Below the pieces are notes generated by a model that ran no database searches, was not told the DNA's origin, and saw nothing but the letters and a program-made list of their open reading frames with translations. A DNA stretch of 64,000 nucleotides from the NCBI GenBank assembly GCA_015232565.1, contig JADFZK010000001.1:13160-77159 (forward strand), written 5' to 3'. Made by a program: the position numbers and the translations under genes. This document shows, piece by piece, positions 48,631-58,638 of this stretch (position 1 is its first letter; the number at the start of each line of letters is the position of its first letter). This DNA comes from Candidatus Omnitrophota bacterium (GTDB lineage: Bacteria > Omnitrophota > Gorgyraeia > Zapsychrales > Fredricksoniimonadaceae).

Positions 48631-49356
48631 ATGAAAGTATCCATCATTCTTCCCACCTATAACGAGGCAGGCAATATTGTTGCGCTGATCCGCGAGATTG
48701 TGCTTAATATCCCCCGGGAATGGGCACACGAGATTATTGTGGTTGATGACAATAGCCCCGACGGAACGTATCAGATGGTTCGGGATGCTTTCAGCGGGGA
48801 TCCTGCTGTTGTTGCTCTTTTGCGTACCATGGATCGGGGCTTTGCACGGTCGATTCGTGCCGGGATCGATGCGGCTCAGGGAGATCAGATCATCGTTATG
48901 GATACGGATTTTACTCATGATCCTGTTGAGATCCCCCGGTTGCTTCATGTTGGCGTGGTTTATGATATCGTCAGTGCTTCGCGGTTTTGTTCTGGTGGCA
49001 ATATGCAGGATGTGCAGCATTATATAGCCAGTATGTTGTATAATTGGGTTCTTCGGATCCTGCTACGTACCCAGGTTCAGGACAATCTGGGCGGGTACTT
49101 TACGATGAGGAGAGAAAAGCTGATGCAGCTTCCGCTTAACGATATATTTTTCGGATATGGAGAATACTTCTTTAGGCTGGTACGCTTTGCTAAATGCCAG
49201 GGTATGACTATTGTCGAGGTTCCCGCACTCTACAGGACCCGTCATGCCGGCAAGAGCAAGTCTAACTTTCTAAAAATGCTTTTTACCTATGGCATGGCAG
49301 CGCTCAGGTTGCGGCGCAGTTGCGCTCTAAGAAAAGAGAAGACGAATGGCTGGTGA
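48631..49356 (+). CDS. GT2, Dol-P-Man-synthase-like polyprenol-phosphate glycosyltransferase
   Basis: ILPTYNEAGNI, VDDNSPDGT, MDTDFTHDP, SRF. Confidence 0.85.
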   Translation: MKVSIILPTYNEAGNIVALIREIVLNIPREWAHEIIVVDDNSPDGTYQMVRDAFSGDPAVVALLRTMDRGFARSIRAGIDAAQGDQIIVMDTDFTHDPVEIPRLLHVGVVYDIVSASRFCSGGNMQDVQHYIASMLYNWVLRILLRTQVQDNLGGYFTMRREKLMQLPLNDIFFGYGEYFFRLVRFAKCQGMTIVEVPALYRTRHAGKSKSNFLKMLFTYGMAALRLRRSCALRKEKTNGW

Positions 49357-51076
49357 CATTTATTGGGGTTTTGTTGCAGTCGTTTCGGCCACTGTGGGAT
49401 TGCTTACTGTTCTGCCTGAGATCTATGCGTGGTTAAAGGCGCCCTCAAGGTGGACGCCTGTCAATTCACCACCTTATATGCTCGGTGACGACTATCATTA
49501 TTTCGCACAATTGAATGATATTCACCGGAAATGCCTTAACTTCTTCTATGGAACCCGTCTTTCTACGCGCCCGCTTACGGCGCTCTTCGGTTTTCAGTTG
49601 GCAGGATATTTCTTTAATCTGCTTCCGTATCATATTGGCTTTCTACTTGGAGACAGGCGTCTGGGTGTGTTGGTAGTTAGGGTGTGGAATCGTTCATTGC
49701 TGGGGCTTGCTACAGCAGTGTTTGCAAAGGGGTTCTTTTTGTTGATCGGCGTTACGCCAACGACAGGGTTACTTATTCTGGTTTTCTTGGTGTTTTTTAT
49801 TTTCTTTCCGGGGCCTTTTGAGCTTGGAGGGGCGGATAGTATCGTGATGCAAATGGAGAATTCTCGGCATATCTATGACCGCTCGAACGCCAATGATCTT
49901 ACCAGAGGGATGTTCTCGGAGACCACTGCGCCACTACTGTTAAGTGCCTGCGCTGTCTTGACACTTGTGATTGATGTGCGGCATGGGATGGTGGTAGGGA
50001 TCTTGGGGCTTTTTTGTCTTGCAGTGCTTTTCTTTCATTATTTTCCAGCCGCGGTGGTTTTTGCTTGGTTGTTATTTCTCATCTTTCTTGTGAAGCATTA
50101 TTTCTTGTTAGCCTTTGCCTGTGGCTTGCTGACCATAGGGCTTTCCTGTTTTTCTATGCATATGTTGTCCCGTAGCGATATTGGCAAGGAGCTTTTTGTG
50201 CAGAATGCCGGTACCGCAATATTCTCTTTTCGAAGAAGTTCGTTTATTGGGGTGGCATTTACTTTGTGCTTGGCGCTTCTTCTAGTGTTTTCTCTTCCGG
50301 TTACACCACAGACAAGCGTGCTTGTGCTTTATCTTGGATCCGTGTTTTTCCTGGCCGGGCTTTTCTTTGTGAAACATCAGGCGATCCGCTTTTGGAGCCG
50401 GGGTGCAGTGATCCCTTTTGAGGTTATGTCCACGGTAGTCCTTGCTACTATTGCGCTTCCTTTATTAACCGAAGGCTTTATCTCTGTATTCATCTTGGTG
50501 TGTTTTGGTATCCTTGTTCGTTATTATTACCGACAGGCGTTTTTCCTTTATCATGTTGGAGCCACGTTATTGGCCGACGGCATTGAGTTTGATCGTGACA
50601 TTTGTCCTCGTGACGCGGGCAGGTTTCCGGCACGCAGCCGGCTAGTTGCGACTAATTCAACGGCATTGGCGGACTGTATTTGTGTTTTCAGTGCGGATGA
50701 GACGTACTTGAGAAACTATTCGATACAGTCTGTGGGTTATCGGGGGCAGGTAAGGTTCTTTTGTGCGAATTTCAAGGTGCTGGGTATTAGTTTTGCTGAA
50801 TGTGAGAGGTGGCTGGCGATGTCTGTAGAGTATAAGGATTGGCTGTTCGCTCGGCCGTTTCAGAAGCAGACGCCATTCGCGGAGCTCTGTTATGCCCATA
50901 CGCTTCAATATATGGTCAGCAACAGGGAGTATAATCAAGCGTTGTTGAGAGATGGAATGCATGACGGGACTGGATGGACACCGAAGTACAGGGACTTTTT
51001 GCGGGAGACGTGGGGAACGGTGGATCTTTCCATGATGGGCGATGTTGTCGGGGTAGTGGTAGAGCGCCCGTATTGA
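49346..51076 (+). CDS. Polytopic membrane protein, possibly GT-C-like
   Basis: TM then GDDYHY loop; many TM segments; follows a polyprenol-P GT2. Confidence 0.5.
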   Translation: MAGDIYWGFVAVVSATVGLLTVLPEIYAWLKAPSRWTPVNSPPYMLGDDYHYFAQLNDIHRKCLNFFYGTRLSTRPLTALFGFQLAGYFFNLLPYHIGFLLGDRRLGVLVVRVWNRSLLGLATAVFAKGFFLLIGVTPTTGLLILVFLVFFIFFPGPFELGGADSIVMQMENSRHIYDRSNANDLTRGMFSETTAPLLLSACAVLTLVIDVRHGMVVGILGLFCLAVLFFHYFPAAVVFAWLLFLIFLVKHYFLLAFACGLLTIGLSCFSMHMLSRSDIGKELFVQNAGTAIFSFRRSSFIGVAFTLCLALLLVFSLPVTPQTSVLVLYLGSVFFLAGLFFVKHQAIRFWSRGAVIPFEVMSTVVLATIALPLLTEGFISVFILVCFGILVRYYYRQAFFLYHVGATLLADGIEFDRDICPRDAGRFPARSRLVATNSTALADCICVFSADETYLRNYSIQSVGYRGQVRFFCANFKVLGISFAECERWLAMSVEYKDWLFARPFQKQTPFAELCYAHTLQYMVSNREYNQALLRDGMHDGTGWTPKYRDFLRETWGTVDLSMMGDVVGVVVERPY

Positions 51077-51128
51077 TGTTTAAGGAAGAGCGTGTGGCTG
51101 ACGAGTTGTCGTCTTTTGGTTTGATGGC

Positions 51129-52646
51129 ATGATGAGAAAGAAGATCATTAAAGATACGTTATTTCTTAACATGGCCATGCTTTTGTGTCAGGGCATGGGA
51201 ATTGTTCAGACCGTGCTTATTATGCGGTTTCTGGATCCGTATTACTACGGGATATGGATGGCACTTAACATTGTTCTTATGTATGCTGATTATTTTCATC
51301 TCGGCGTAGGGTACGGTTTTCCTATAAGGCTAACTTATTATCAGGGGCAGGGCAAGCCTGACGAGGCGGCCAAGATCGCGGATAGTGGATACTTCTCTTG
51401 GAGTTTGTTGACGATCATATGTGCTTTGGGAGTGCTGATTTACGGGGTTAGCGCACCGGGATTGCCGGGATTTAGCAGGGTGGGGCTTGCTATCATTGCG
51501 ATTATTACTATCGCAGAACAGCAGATCTTTTTCTTCCTTCGTTGGCAGGCAGCAGCTTGTAAGGACTTTAAGATCTGCAGTGTTTTATTTGTTGCACGGG
51601 GTGTGTTTAGTTTCATTGTGCTGGTGCCTTGTTCGTTCTTTTTTAACGTCGCAGGGCTCATGGGAGCAACCATGATGGTTGCTATTGTTTTTGCATTGGT
51701 TTGGCGGGTTAAGACATCTTACCGTTTTCAGGGCCGGGTTAATTTTGTTAGTATTGTTGAAATGATAAAAGTTGGTTTTCCGACCATGCTTGTTTGTCTT
51801 GCGGGAAAATTGATCGAAACGGTTGACCGTATTCTGATAGTCTTTTTTCTTGGCTCTGTTAGTCTCGGGTGTTACGCTGTGACAGCAATTGGAGGAAATG
51901 CCTTGTATGGCTTGGTCGCACAGGCCGGGACTGCTATGGCACCTCATATTGTGGAGCACTTCGCGCTTAATAACGATTCCCCCGTATCATTAAAGAAGTT
52001 TCTTGTTGGTCCAACAATAGTGTTTGCGTATGTAATGAGTGCTCTTCTGATGGTTGTGGCGATATTGATTCCGCTACTCGTGATTACTTTATTGCCGAAA
52101 TATGTTCCGGGGATTAGCGCTTTCTATTGTTTCTTGCCAGGGTTCTTTTTTCTTGGCGTCATCCTTACAGCGAACAATATTTTGAACTATATCCTTATTT
52201 CCAAAGGCCACCAGATGTGGTTGGCATATTTTCAGGTAGTTCCAATTTTTGTTCAGATCGGGCTAGGGTTTTTGTTTATAAAGATTGGTTGGGGTATAGC
52301 TGGCGTCGCTTTAGCATCAACTTTATCATATGCGTTGTATGGAGGTGGGCTCTTATGGTGGACTAGTAGACATGTATTGCCTGATCGGCAGGAAAGAAGA
52401 CGATTTATGGGGGATGTGGTCTTGCCGTTTATTTATGTATTGCCTGTGGCGTGGTTAATAATTCTTTTCGGGCAAAAGTTTTTTCCCTATGATTTGATTC
52501 TAAGGGGCGTTGTTCAACTTCTGGCATGTGTTGTTTCGTTTGTTCCGTTTGTTTTCTTTCTTAATCTAAGAACAGGGATCTTTATTGACGCCAAAAATAT
52601 TATTGGTTCGGTTATTCGCCGATTCCAGGGATCTCCCGAGATGTAA
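51129..52646 (+). CDS. wzx: Oligosaccharide flippase (Wzx/MOP family)
   Basis: About 14 TM segments; RFLDPYYYGIW, KVGFP...VDRILI..FLG...LGCY, GIAGVALAS. Confidence 0.82.
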   Translation: MMRKKIIKDTLFLNMAMLLCQGMGIVQTVLIMRFLDPYYYGIWMALNIVLMYADYFHLGVGYGFPIRLTYYQGQGKPDEAAKIADSGYFSWSLLTIICALGVLIYGVSAPGLPGFSRVGLAIIAIITIAEQQIFFFLRWQAAACKDFKICSVLFVARGVFSFIVLVPCSFFFNVAGLMGATMMVAIVFALVWRVKTSYRFQGRVNFVSIVEMIKVGFPTMLVCLAGKLIETVDRILIVFFLGSVSLGCYAVTAIGGNALYGLVAQAGTAMAPHIVEHFALNNDSPVSLKKFLVGPTIVFAYVMSALLMVVAILIPLLVITLLPKYVPGISAFYCFLPGFFFLGVILTANNILNYILISKGHQMWLAYFQVVPIFVQIGLGFLFIKIGWGIAGVALASTLSYALYGGGLLWWTSRHVLPDRQERRRFMGDVVLPFIYVLPVAWLIILFGQKFFPYDLILRGVVQLLACVVSFVPFVFFLNLRTGIFIDAKNIIGSVIRRFQGSPEM

Positions 52647-52687
52647 TAGACGGGTTAAATGGTAAACATGTTTGTGTTGAGAAAGGC

Positions 52688-53704
52688 ATGATGAAGACAG
52701 CCATTATAGGCGCCGGTCGCATGGGACGGCGTCATATGCAGGTGGTTCGTGAAATGGGGCTGGAGTTGGCCGGGATTTGTGATGTGAGTCAGCAGGCGCT
52801 GGCGCTGGCGGCGGCCGAGCATCAGGTTCCATCGGAAAGGCAATTCTCCGATGCTAGAGTGTTGTTTAACCGTACGCGGCCAGAATGCGTGGTGATTGCC
52901 ACGACAGCTCCGTCACATTGTGAATATACGTGTCTGGCCGCTGAGAGCGGTGCAAAATACATCTTGTGCGAGAAGCCTATGGCGGTGTCCCTTGAGGAGT
53001 GCAATCGCATGATTGCTGTTTGTGAACGCGCAGGTGCGTTGTTGGCGATAAATCATCCAATGCGGTTTATGGAGCAGTACACTGTGGTCAAAAAGATCGT
53101 GGATTCTGCTGAGTTCGGAGGATTGGCAAGTACGACAGTTATTGCAGGTAATGTGGGAATCGCTATGAATGCTAGCCACTATTTTGAAATGTTCCGTTTT
53201 ATGACCGGTGAGCCCGTTCGGGAGCTCACGGCGTGGTTTGCAAAGGCGGTTGTGCCCAATCCCCGAGGGCCTCAGTTCGAGGACAGGGCGGGAGAAGTGC
53301 GGGCGGTTACGGCTTCCGGAAAGCGGCTCTATTTTGAAGCTGGGGATGATCAGGGCCATGGCGTGCAGGTAGTTTATGCTGGAAGGCAGGGTTTGCTTTT
53401 TGTTGACGAACTTACCGGGTTTGCCAGGCTTCAGGTACGGGAAGAGGTTCATCGGACCATGCCGACTACCAGGTATGGCATGCCTTGGGTCGAGCGCGTG
53501 ATTAGTATTCAGCCGGCATCTGTAATCGGACCCACACAAGCTTTACTGGCGGCATTGTTTTCTGCGCGGGGTTATACCACTGGTGCGCAAGGCCGTGCCG
53601 TGGTGGAGGCATTGGTTGCGGCGTATGTATCGCATGAGAATGGGCATATGGCGGTAGAGGTTAACAGTAGTTTACCGCAGGGCAGGGTATTCCCCTGGGC
53701 GTGA
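52688..53704 (+). CDS. Gfo/Idh/MocA oxidoreductase
   Basis: IIGAGRMGRRH, IATTAPSH, LCEKPMA. Confidence 0.85.
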   Translation: MMKTAIIGAGRMGRRHMQVVREMGLELAGICDVSQQALALAAAEHQVPSERQFSDARVLFNRTRPECVVIATTAPSHCEYTCLAAESGAKYILCEKPMAVSLEECNRMIAVCERAGALLAINHPMRFMEQYTVVKKIVDSAEFGGLASTTVIAGNVGIAMNASHYFEMFRFMTGEPVRELTAWFAKAVVPNPRGPQFEDRAGEVRAVTASGKRLYFEAGDDQGHGVQVVYAGRQGLLFVDELTGFARLQVREEVHRTMPTTRYGMPWVERVISIQPASVIGPTQALLAALFSARGYTTGAQGRAVVEALVAAYVSHENGHMAVEVNSSLPQGRVFPWA

Positions 53705-54672
53705 AAAGGGTATCTATGGCACAGTTCAATGAGTTCAGGGTTGTCATTATTGGTGCTGGATATACAGCGCGTGAACATATTCGTGCGTTTGCGGACCTTC
53801 CGGGAGTTTGTATTGTCGGAATCCATAGTCGTACTCGCAGCAAGGCGGAGGCTTTGGCAAAGGAATTTGGCATTGCTTTGGTATGTGATTCGATCGTTGA
53901 TCTTTATGTAATGACTCGGGCTGACCTTGTTGTTGTGACGGTTTCCGAATTGTCCATGCGTGACGTCAGTACGGCCTGTTTTGAATTCCCATGGGCTGTA
54001 CTGCTTGAGAAGCCGGCGGGATATGATTGTGCGGATGCGCGCCTGATTAAGACGGCTGCGGAAAAGAAAGAGCGGAAAGTCTTTGTGGCGCTTAATCGCC
54101 GGTTTTATGGGGGCATTTGTGCGGCGAAGGCCAGCCTGAAGGAGATTGGCTCGCCGCGTTTTATTAAAGTTCAGGATCAGGAGGATATGAGTGCTGCATT
54201 GGCCCTGGGTATTCCGTTAAAGGTTGTGAAGAACTGGATGTATGCCAACTCGATCCACATGATTGATCTGTTAAGGGTGTTTGGTCGAGGCAAGATCGTT
54301 GCAGTTGAACCGGTTATCCCATGGAACGCCGGCAATCCTGGTGTGGTTATGGCCAAGATTGTATTTGATAGCGGGGATATCGGCATATACGAAGGTATTT
54401 GGGACGGCCCCGGCCCTTGGTCGGTTGTTGTCAATACGCCTCTTAAGCGCTGGGAACTTCGGCCTGTTGAGCAGGCTGGGTTTCAGAATCGGGGTGAGCG
54501 CAGGCTTCAGCCCGTGGAGCTTCATTCCTGGGACCAGGCTTTCAAACCCGGGTTTCGTCTTCAGGCTGAGCAGGTGGTGTTTGCCGTCCTTGGCCGACCT
54601 TCGGAAGCGGTCTCCCTGGCCGAGGCCTTTGGGACAATGGAATTAATTGAGGCGATTTTTGAGAAATCATGA
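53701..54672 (+). CDS. Gfo/Idh/MocA oxidoreductase
   Basis: IIGAGYTAREH, LEKPAG, NRRFY, ANSIHMID. Confidence 0.85.
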   Translation: MKRVSMAQFNEFRVVIIGAGYTAREHIRAFADLPGVCIVGIHSRTRSKAEALAKEFGIALVCDSIVDLYVMTRADLVVVTVSELSMRDVSTACFEFPWAVLLEKPAGYDCADARLIKTAAEKKERKVFVALNRRFYGGICAAKASLKEIGSPRFIKVQDQEDMSAALALGIPLKVVKNWMYANSIHMIDLLRVFGRGKIVAVEPVIPWNAGNPGVVMAKIVFDSGDIGIYEGIWDGPGPWSVVVNTPLKRWELRPVEQAGFQNRGERRLQPVELHSWDQAFKPGFRLQAEQVVFAVLGRPSEAVSLAEAFGTMELIEAIFEKS

Positions 54673-56744
54673 ATACTGTTGAGGTTCTTCGTCAATCGGC
54701 TCAAATGGAGGTCGTGTATGCCGAGTGTCTGACCTTGCCCTGGATATTGAGGGCCTTACCTTCGTTAATGGCAGATGGTCGATCCACCAGTTGTATTTAT
54801 TTCTTTGATGCCACCCTTGTTGCCCGATTGCTTGCAGCAGGGTTGAGTGTGTTTGGCCGTGTACGTTTTGAAAAGCTGCATTTTGAGGCTATGGATGTTC
54901 GTGATGAGGAGGGCCTTTGTATTTTTATTCGGCTTCTTTATCAGGATTTGGCGTTATTGCGCGGGATTATTCTAGAGGAACACCGCGCTATGTTTACTGC
55001 TCTTGAGAATTCAGAGAGGCTTGGGGAGTATTTGTTAAAAGCTCCGGTCTGTTCGTATGATTTTTATGGCCACAGGAAATATAGTGATCTATGGCATGTT
55101 CTAATGCTGGTGCAGGTAGCGTGCTGGCATGCCCGGAGGGAAGGTCACAGCCCACGTTCTCAGTTGGTTATTTTTACCCGGCCATTCGCTTCCGCACTGG
55201 AGGCGTATTCCTGCAAGTTTGGTGTGGACTTGCGAATGATGGGACGCTTTCAGCCTTTCTCCCCCGTTTTACAAAATATATTTCTCAGGTTTTCTAAATT
55301 TAATGTCAAATTCCTGAAAGGAATACTGAGGGACTTTTGTGTTCGTTTCTCTCGGTGTCGTGGCGTCGATGTCGTCGGTGGAGCTTCCGGGGATGAAGTG
55401 CGTATGATGGCTGAGTATTACGGCCAGCTCAATCTTGAACGGTCTGGCCTGGTTTCTGATTTGTTCTTTCTTGATGATAACGGGATCCGGGGGAAGGACG
55501 TTTGCCTGGTGTTTAATGGTAGTCAAGATCCGGTAGATGAGCAGAAATCGTCCGAAATGTGCCGGCATGGCGTGAGCGCGGTTGCTCTTACGCCTCAATC
55601 CAGCCTGGTGAGTGAGGACGTGGTTCCGGTTTTTCGCTATGTGTCTGAGACTGCGGTGAGTTATCCGGAGGGCTTGTCGCCGGAGTGGGTAGAGCACGCT
55701 GGACAATATGCACGTCAGCGGGCTTATTGGGGTGCATTCTTTCGCCGGTACAATCTTAGGATGTGGTATTCCTGGACCAAGTATGATTCCGGACATATTG
55801 CCCTGGCGGATGCGCTATCGGAGTTGGGAGGCATATCGGTAATGTATCAGCGGGCGCACGAAGCGGGATCTGCACCGCAGTTGGCTGTCGGCGCGGATTT
55901 GATCTTCGGGTTTGCTCCGAGCGGATATCAGACCGAGCTCGGAAGCGGCTCGAGGTTTCGTTATCATGTGGCGGTCGGTTATTGCGGTGACGGGCGTTTT
56001 CGGCATTTGCGTTTGCAGGCTCAAGAGGTCCGTGATCGTCTGATGCGTAATGGTGCTAGTCATATTGTCACCTATTTTGACGAAAACACGATTATTGATG
56101 GACGCTGGTTTCATGGTCATGATGTTGCCGGAAGAAATTATTCGTTCTGGCTTGAGAAGTTGCTGGCAGATCCGCAGCTGGGCTTGATATTCAAACCGAA
56201 ACGACCGGTAAATCTTCGTCAGAGGCTTGGGCCTGTGGCGGCTCTGCTGAAAAGGGCAGAGAAGACCGGTCGTTGTTTTGTGTTCGAGGGAGGTCTTTTG
56301 CAGGGGGCATTTCCACCTGCGGTCGCGGCGCTTGCGTCGGATATTTCTGTGCATGAAGCCTTGAGCGCGGGAACTGCCGGATTGGAGGCCGCTCTGGCTG
56401 GCGGAAGAACGATCCTGATGGACCTTGAAGGTTGGCCGAGGAGTCCGTTGTATCGGCTTGGAAGTGAGGTTGTTTTTAAGGACTGGCCTGCGGTCTGGAG
56501 CGCTTGCAATGATTATTTCCGGGATCCAGGATCCCGTTCCGGCTTGGGTGACTGGTCGTCAATGATCAGTGAGCTGGATCCTTTCCATGACGGCCGCGCC
56601 GCTGAGCGGATGAGTATTTATTTGAAAGACTTGCTTGAGGGCTTACGCCGTGGGGAAACTCCGGCAACGGTTATGGATATGGCCGCTGAACGTTACGGAC
56701 AGCGGTGGGGCAAGGACAAGGTCCAGCGCGGGCCGCATAAATAA
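54669..56744 (+). CDS. Uncharacterised surface-carbohydrate biosynthesis protein (possible GT-B-like transferase)
   Basis: 691-aa soluble ORF in the operon; C-terminal FKPK...TAGLEAAL...LDPFHDGRAAER. Confidence 0.55.
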   Translation: MNTVEVLRQSAQMEVVYAECLTLPWILRALPSLMADGRSTSCIYFFDATLVARLLAAGLSVFGRVRFEKLHFEAMDVRDEEGLCIFIRLLYQDLALLRGIILEEHRAMFTALENSERLGEYLLKAPVCSYDFYGHRKYSDLWHVLMLVQVACWHARREGHSPRSQLVIFTRPFASALEAYSCKFGVDLRMMGRFQPFSPVLQNIFLRFSKFNVKFLKGILRDFCVRFSRCRGVDVVGGASGDEVRMMAEYYGQLNLERSGLVSDLFFLDDNGIRGKDVCLVFNGSQDPVDEQKSSEMCRHGVSAVALTPQSSLVSEDVVPVFRYVSETAVSYPEGLSPEWVEHAGQYARQRAYWGAFFRRYNLRMWYSWTKYDSGHIALADALSELGGISVMYQRAHEAGSAPQLAVGADLIFGFAPSGYQTELGSGSRFRYHVAVGYCGDGRFRHLRLQAQEVRDRLMRNGASHIVTYFDENTIIDGRWFHGHDVAGRNYSFWLEKLLADPQLGLIFKPKRPVNLRQRLGPVAALLKRAEKTGRCFVFEGGLLQGAFPPAVAALASDISVHEALSAGTAGLEAALAGGRTILMDLEGWPRSPLYRLGSEVVFKDWPAVWSACNDYFRDPGSRSGLGDWSSMISELDPFHDGRAAERMSIYLKDLLEGLRRGETPATVMDMAAERYGQRWGKDKVQRGPHK

Positions 56745-56745
56745 T

Positions 56746-58575
56746 ATGGCACAGCTCTTTCGGATCAATGATCTGCAGGCGTTTCGGATTAAGGCGGGGA
56801 AAAGCAAGCCGCTGGTCATAGTTATTGACAGGCTTGAACAAGGCGGTCAAGGGCTTGAGCAGGGGGTGCTCGAGGGCCTCCCCGTTCCGGTTTATGCGGA
56901 CAGTGACCGGTCGTTGTTTATCAAGGATTATATCGATTGTATCGCCCGTCTTAATGGTTTGTATAAGGATCAATTTTTATGGTGGGCCACCAATCTTTCT
57001 TCCAAGAACCGGTATCTTTGTCCCCTGCCCGATCTGGTGCTGGAGTTGCAGGAGATCGATCTGGCCCTGAGAACTTTTGCTGACTGCCATATTTTGATCG
57101 TAGCCCCGTCGCTTGCGATACAAGCTTCTTTGCGTAAGTTGTTGTCGGGAAGCGGCAGAACTGTTTTTTGGCAGTGTTCGGCGATCGGCCCATTGCGGGG
57201 ATGTGTAATAAACAGCGTTCTTAAATCGGCGGGCCTCTTTTACAATGCGTTCAAGATCTTTGCGCGCAGCTTTTATGCCCGGGCGCTGTTAGGCCACCAG
57301 GCAGGGGAGTTCTTTGCCCAGCGCAGGCCTTGTTATGTGATAAAAACATTCTCATATGGTTCTTCGTGGGATAAAGCAGGCCAGTATACGGATCCTTTCT
57401 TCGGAGAGCTGGCGGGTTATTTGCGGCAAGAAGGCAAGAAGGTTCTGACCTTAAGTTATCATTGGCAGGGCTTCCGTCATTTTATTAAGCAGGTCAAGAG
57501 GCCTGGCGAAGAGTTTATCCTTCCGGTCGAGTTCTTTATTTCTTTGCAGGATATTCTCGGGGCTGTTATCCGCATTCTGTCTTTTAGGATTCCATTGCCT
57601 GGCAAGGTTGATTTCCGTGGCCTTGATATTACCGCTACGCTGGCTTATGAGCTCGCCTGTAATCTGAACGGTATCCAGCTTTTTCAATTGCTCCATTATG
57701 ACGCCGTAAGGCGCCTTTCCAAATGTGTTGCAATAGAGACGTTCTTGTTCACTTTTGAGAATAATCCCTGGGAGCGCATGTGCATGCTGGCTTGCCGCCA
57801 GTGTAGTTCAACCACTTTCTTGATCGGCTATCAGCACTCGGTGGTTCCACCGGCAGCGCTTAACATGTTCGTTAGTTCGCTCGAGCGCCTTATTGTTCCT
57901 CTGCCTGACAAGGTTCTTACCACTGGGGAGGTGTCCGCGAGTATTCTGAAGCAGTATGGTGATTATTCGGCAACAGAAATTACCCCGGCGTGCGCGTTAC
58001 GGTATGCCTATCTTGAGGGTGCCCCCGTAAAGCCCCGGGCCAGGAAGCGGCGGGTCCTGGTTGTTCTTGATGGCGTATTGGAAACAAAGGCGCTGGTTGA
58101 TTATGCCTTGAGTCAGTCTGCTCTTATGCCGGAGTGGACCTTTGTCCTAAGGTCGCATCCGGCTTTGCCTTGGGCTTTCCTGGCGGGGCAGTTTGGGTAT
58201 TCTTTGGGCAGGTATTCTTCTGTTCTGTTTTCGCAGGGTGTGTTGCGCGATGATATTGAGTCAGCGGATCTGATCCTGTACTGGCAGAGTGCGGTAGTTC
58301 TTGAAGCGTTGTTGATGGGTTGTCCGGTTGTTAATTTCTCCCCTGCTGGCATTCTTAGTTATGATCCGATTCCTGGTTGTTCAAATTTGAGGTGGAATGT
58401 TTCTTTGCAACAAGGGTTGAAGGATGTAGCTGAAGAGGTTTTTAACATTACGGAAGCTCAATACCAGGAGCAAAGTCTTCTGGCCGGTCAGTATGTTCAA
58501 CGATACTTTTATCGTGTTACCCCCGAACGTTTTAGAGAGTTCCTGAGTCGCCATTTGCGTTCAAGTTCATCTTGA
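56746..58575 (+). CDS. Uncharacterised surface-carbohydrate biosynthesis protein (possible GT-B-like transferase)
   Basis: FENNPWE, GYQH, LRSHP, SAVVLEALLMGCPV. Confidence 0.6.
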   Translation: MAQLFRINDLQAFRIKAGKSKPLVIVIDRLEQGGQGLEQGVLEGLPVPVYADSDRSLFIKDYIDCIARLNGLYKDQFLWWATNLSSKNRYLCPLPDLVLELQEIDLALRTFADCHILIVAPSLAIQASLRKLLSGSGRTVFWQCSAIGPLRGCVINSVLKSAGLFYNAFKIFARSFYARALLGHQAGEFFAQRRPCYVIKTFSYGSSWDKAGQYTDPFFGELAGYLRQEGKKVLTLSYHWQGFRHFIKQVKRPGEEFILPVEFFISLQDILGAVIRILSFRIPLPGKVDFRGLDITATLAYELACNLNGIQLFQLLHYDAVRRLSKCVAIETFLFTFENNPWERMCMLACRQCSSTTFLIGYQHSVVPPAALNMFVSSLERLIVPLPDKVLTTGEVSASILKQYGDYSATEITPACALRYAYLEGAPVKPRARKRRVLVVLDGVLETKALVDYALSQSALMPEWTFVLRSHPALPWAFLAGQFGYSLGRYSSVLFSQGVLRDDIESADLILYWQSAVVLEALLMGCPVVNFSPAGILSYDPIPGCSNLRWNVSLQQGLKDVAEEVFNITEAQYQEQSLLAGQYVQRYFYRVTPERFREFLSRHLRSSSS

Positions 58576-58599
58576 TGCTATTTACCTCTGTGCTACAAT
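58572..58599 (+). promoter_or_regulatory. Internal promoter for the distal glycan module
   Basis: TTGATG, 16 nt spacer, TGn-TACAAT (58594-58599). Confidence 0.5.
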
Positions 58600-58638
58600 A
58601 AGCGCTCATTTGAATAAACTGACGAATAAGAGGGCTTT

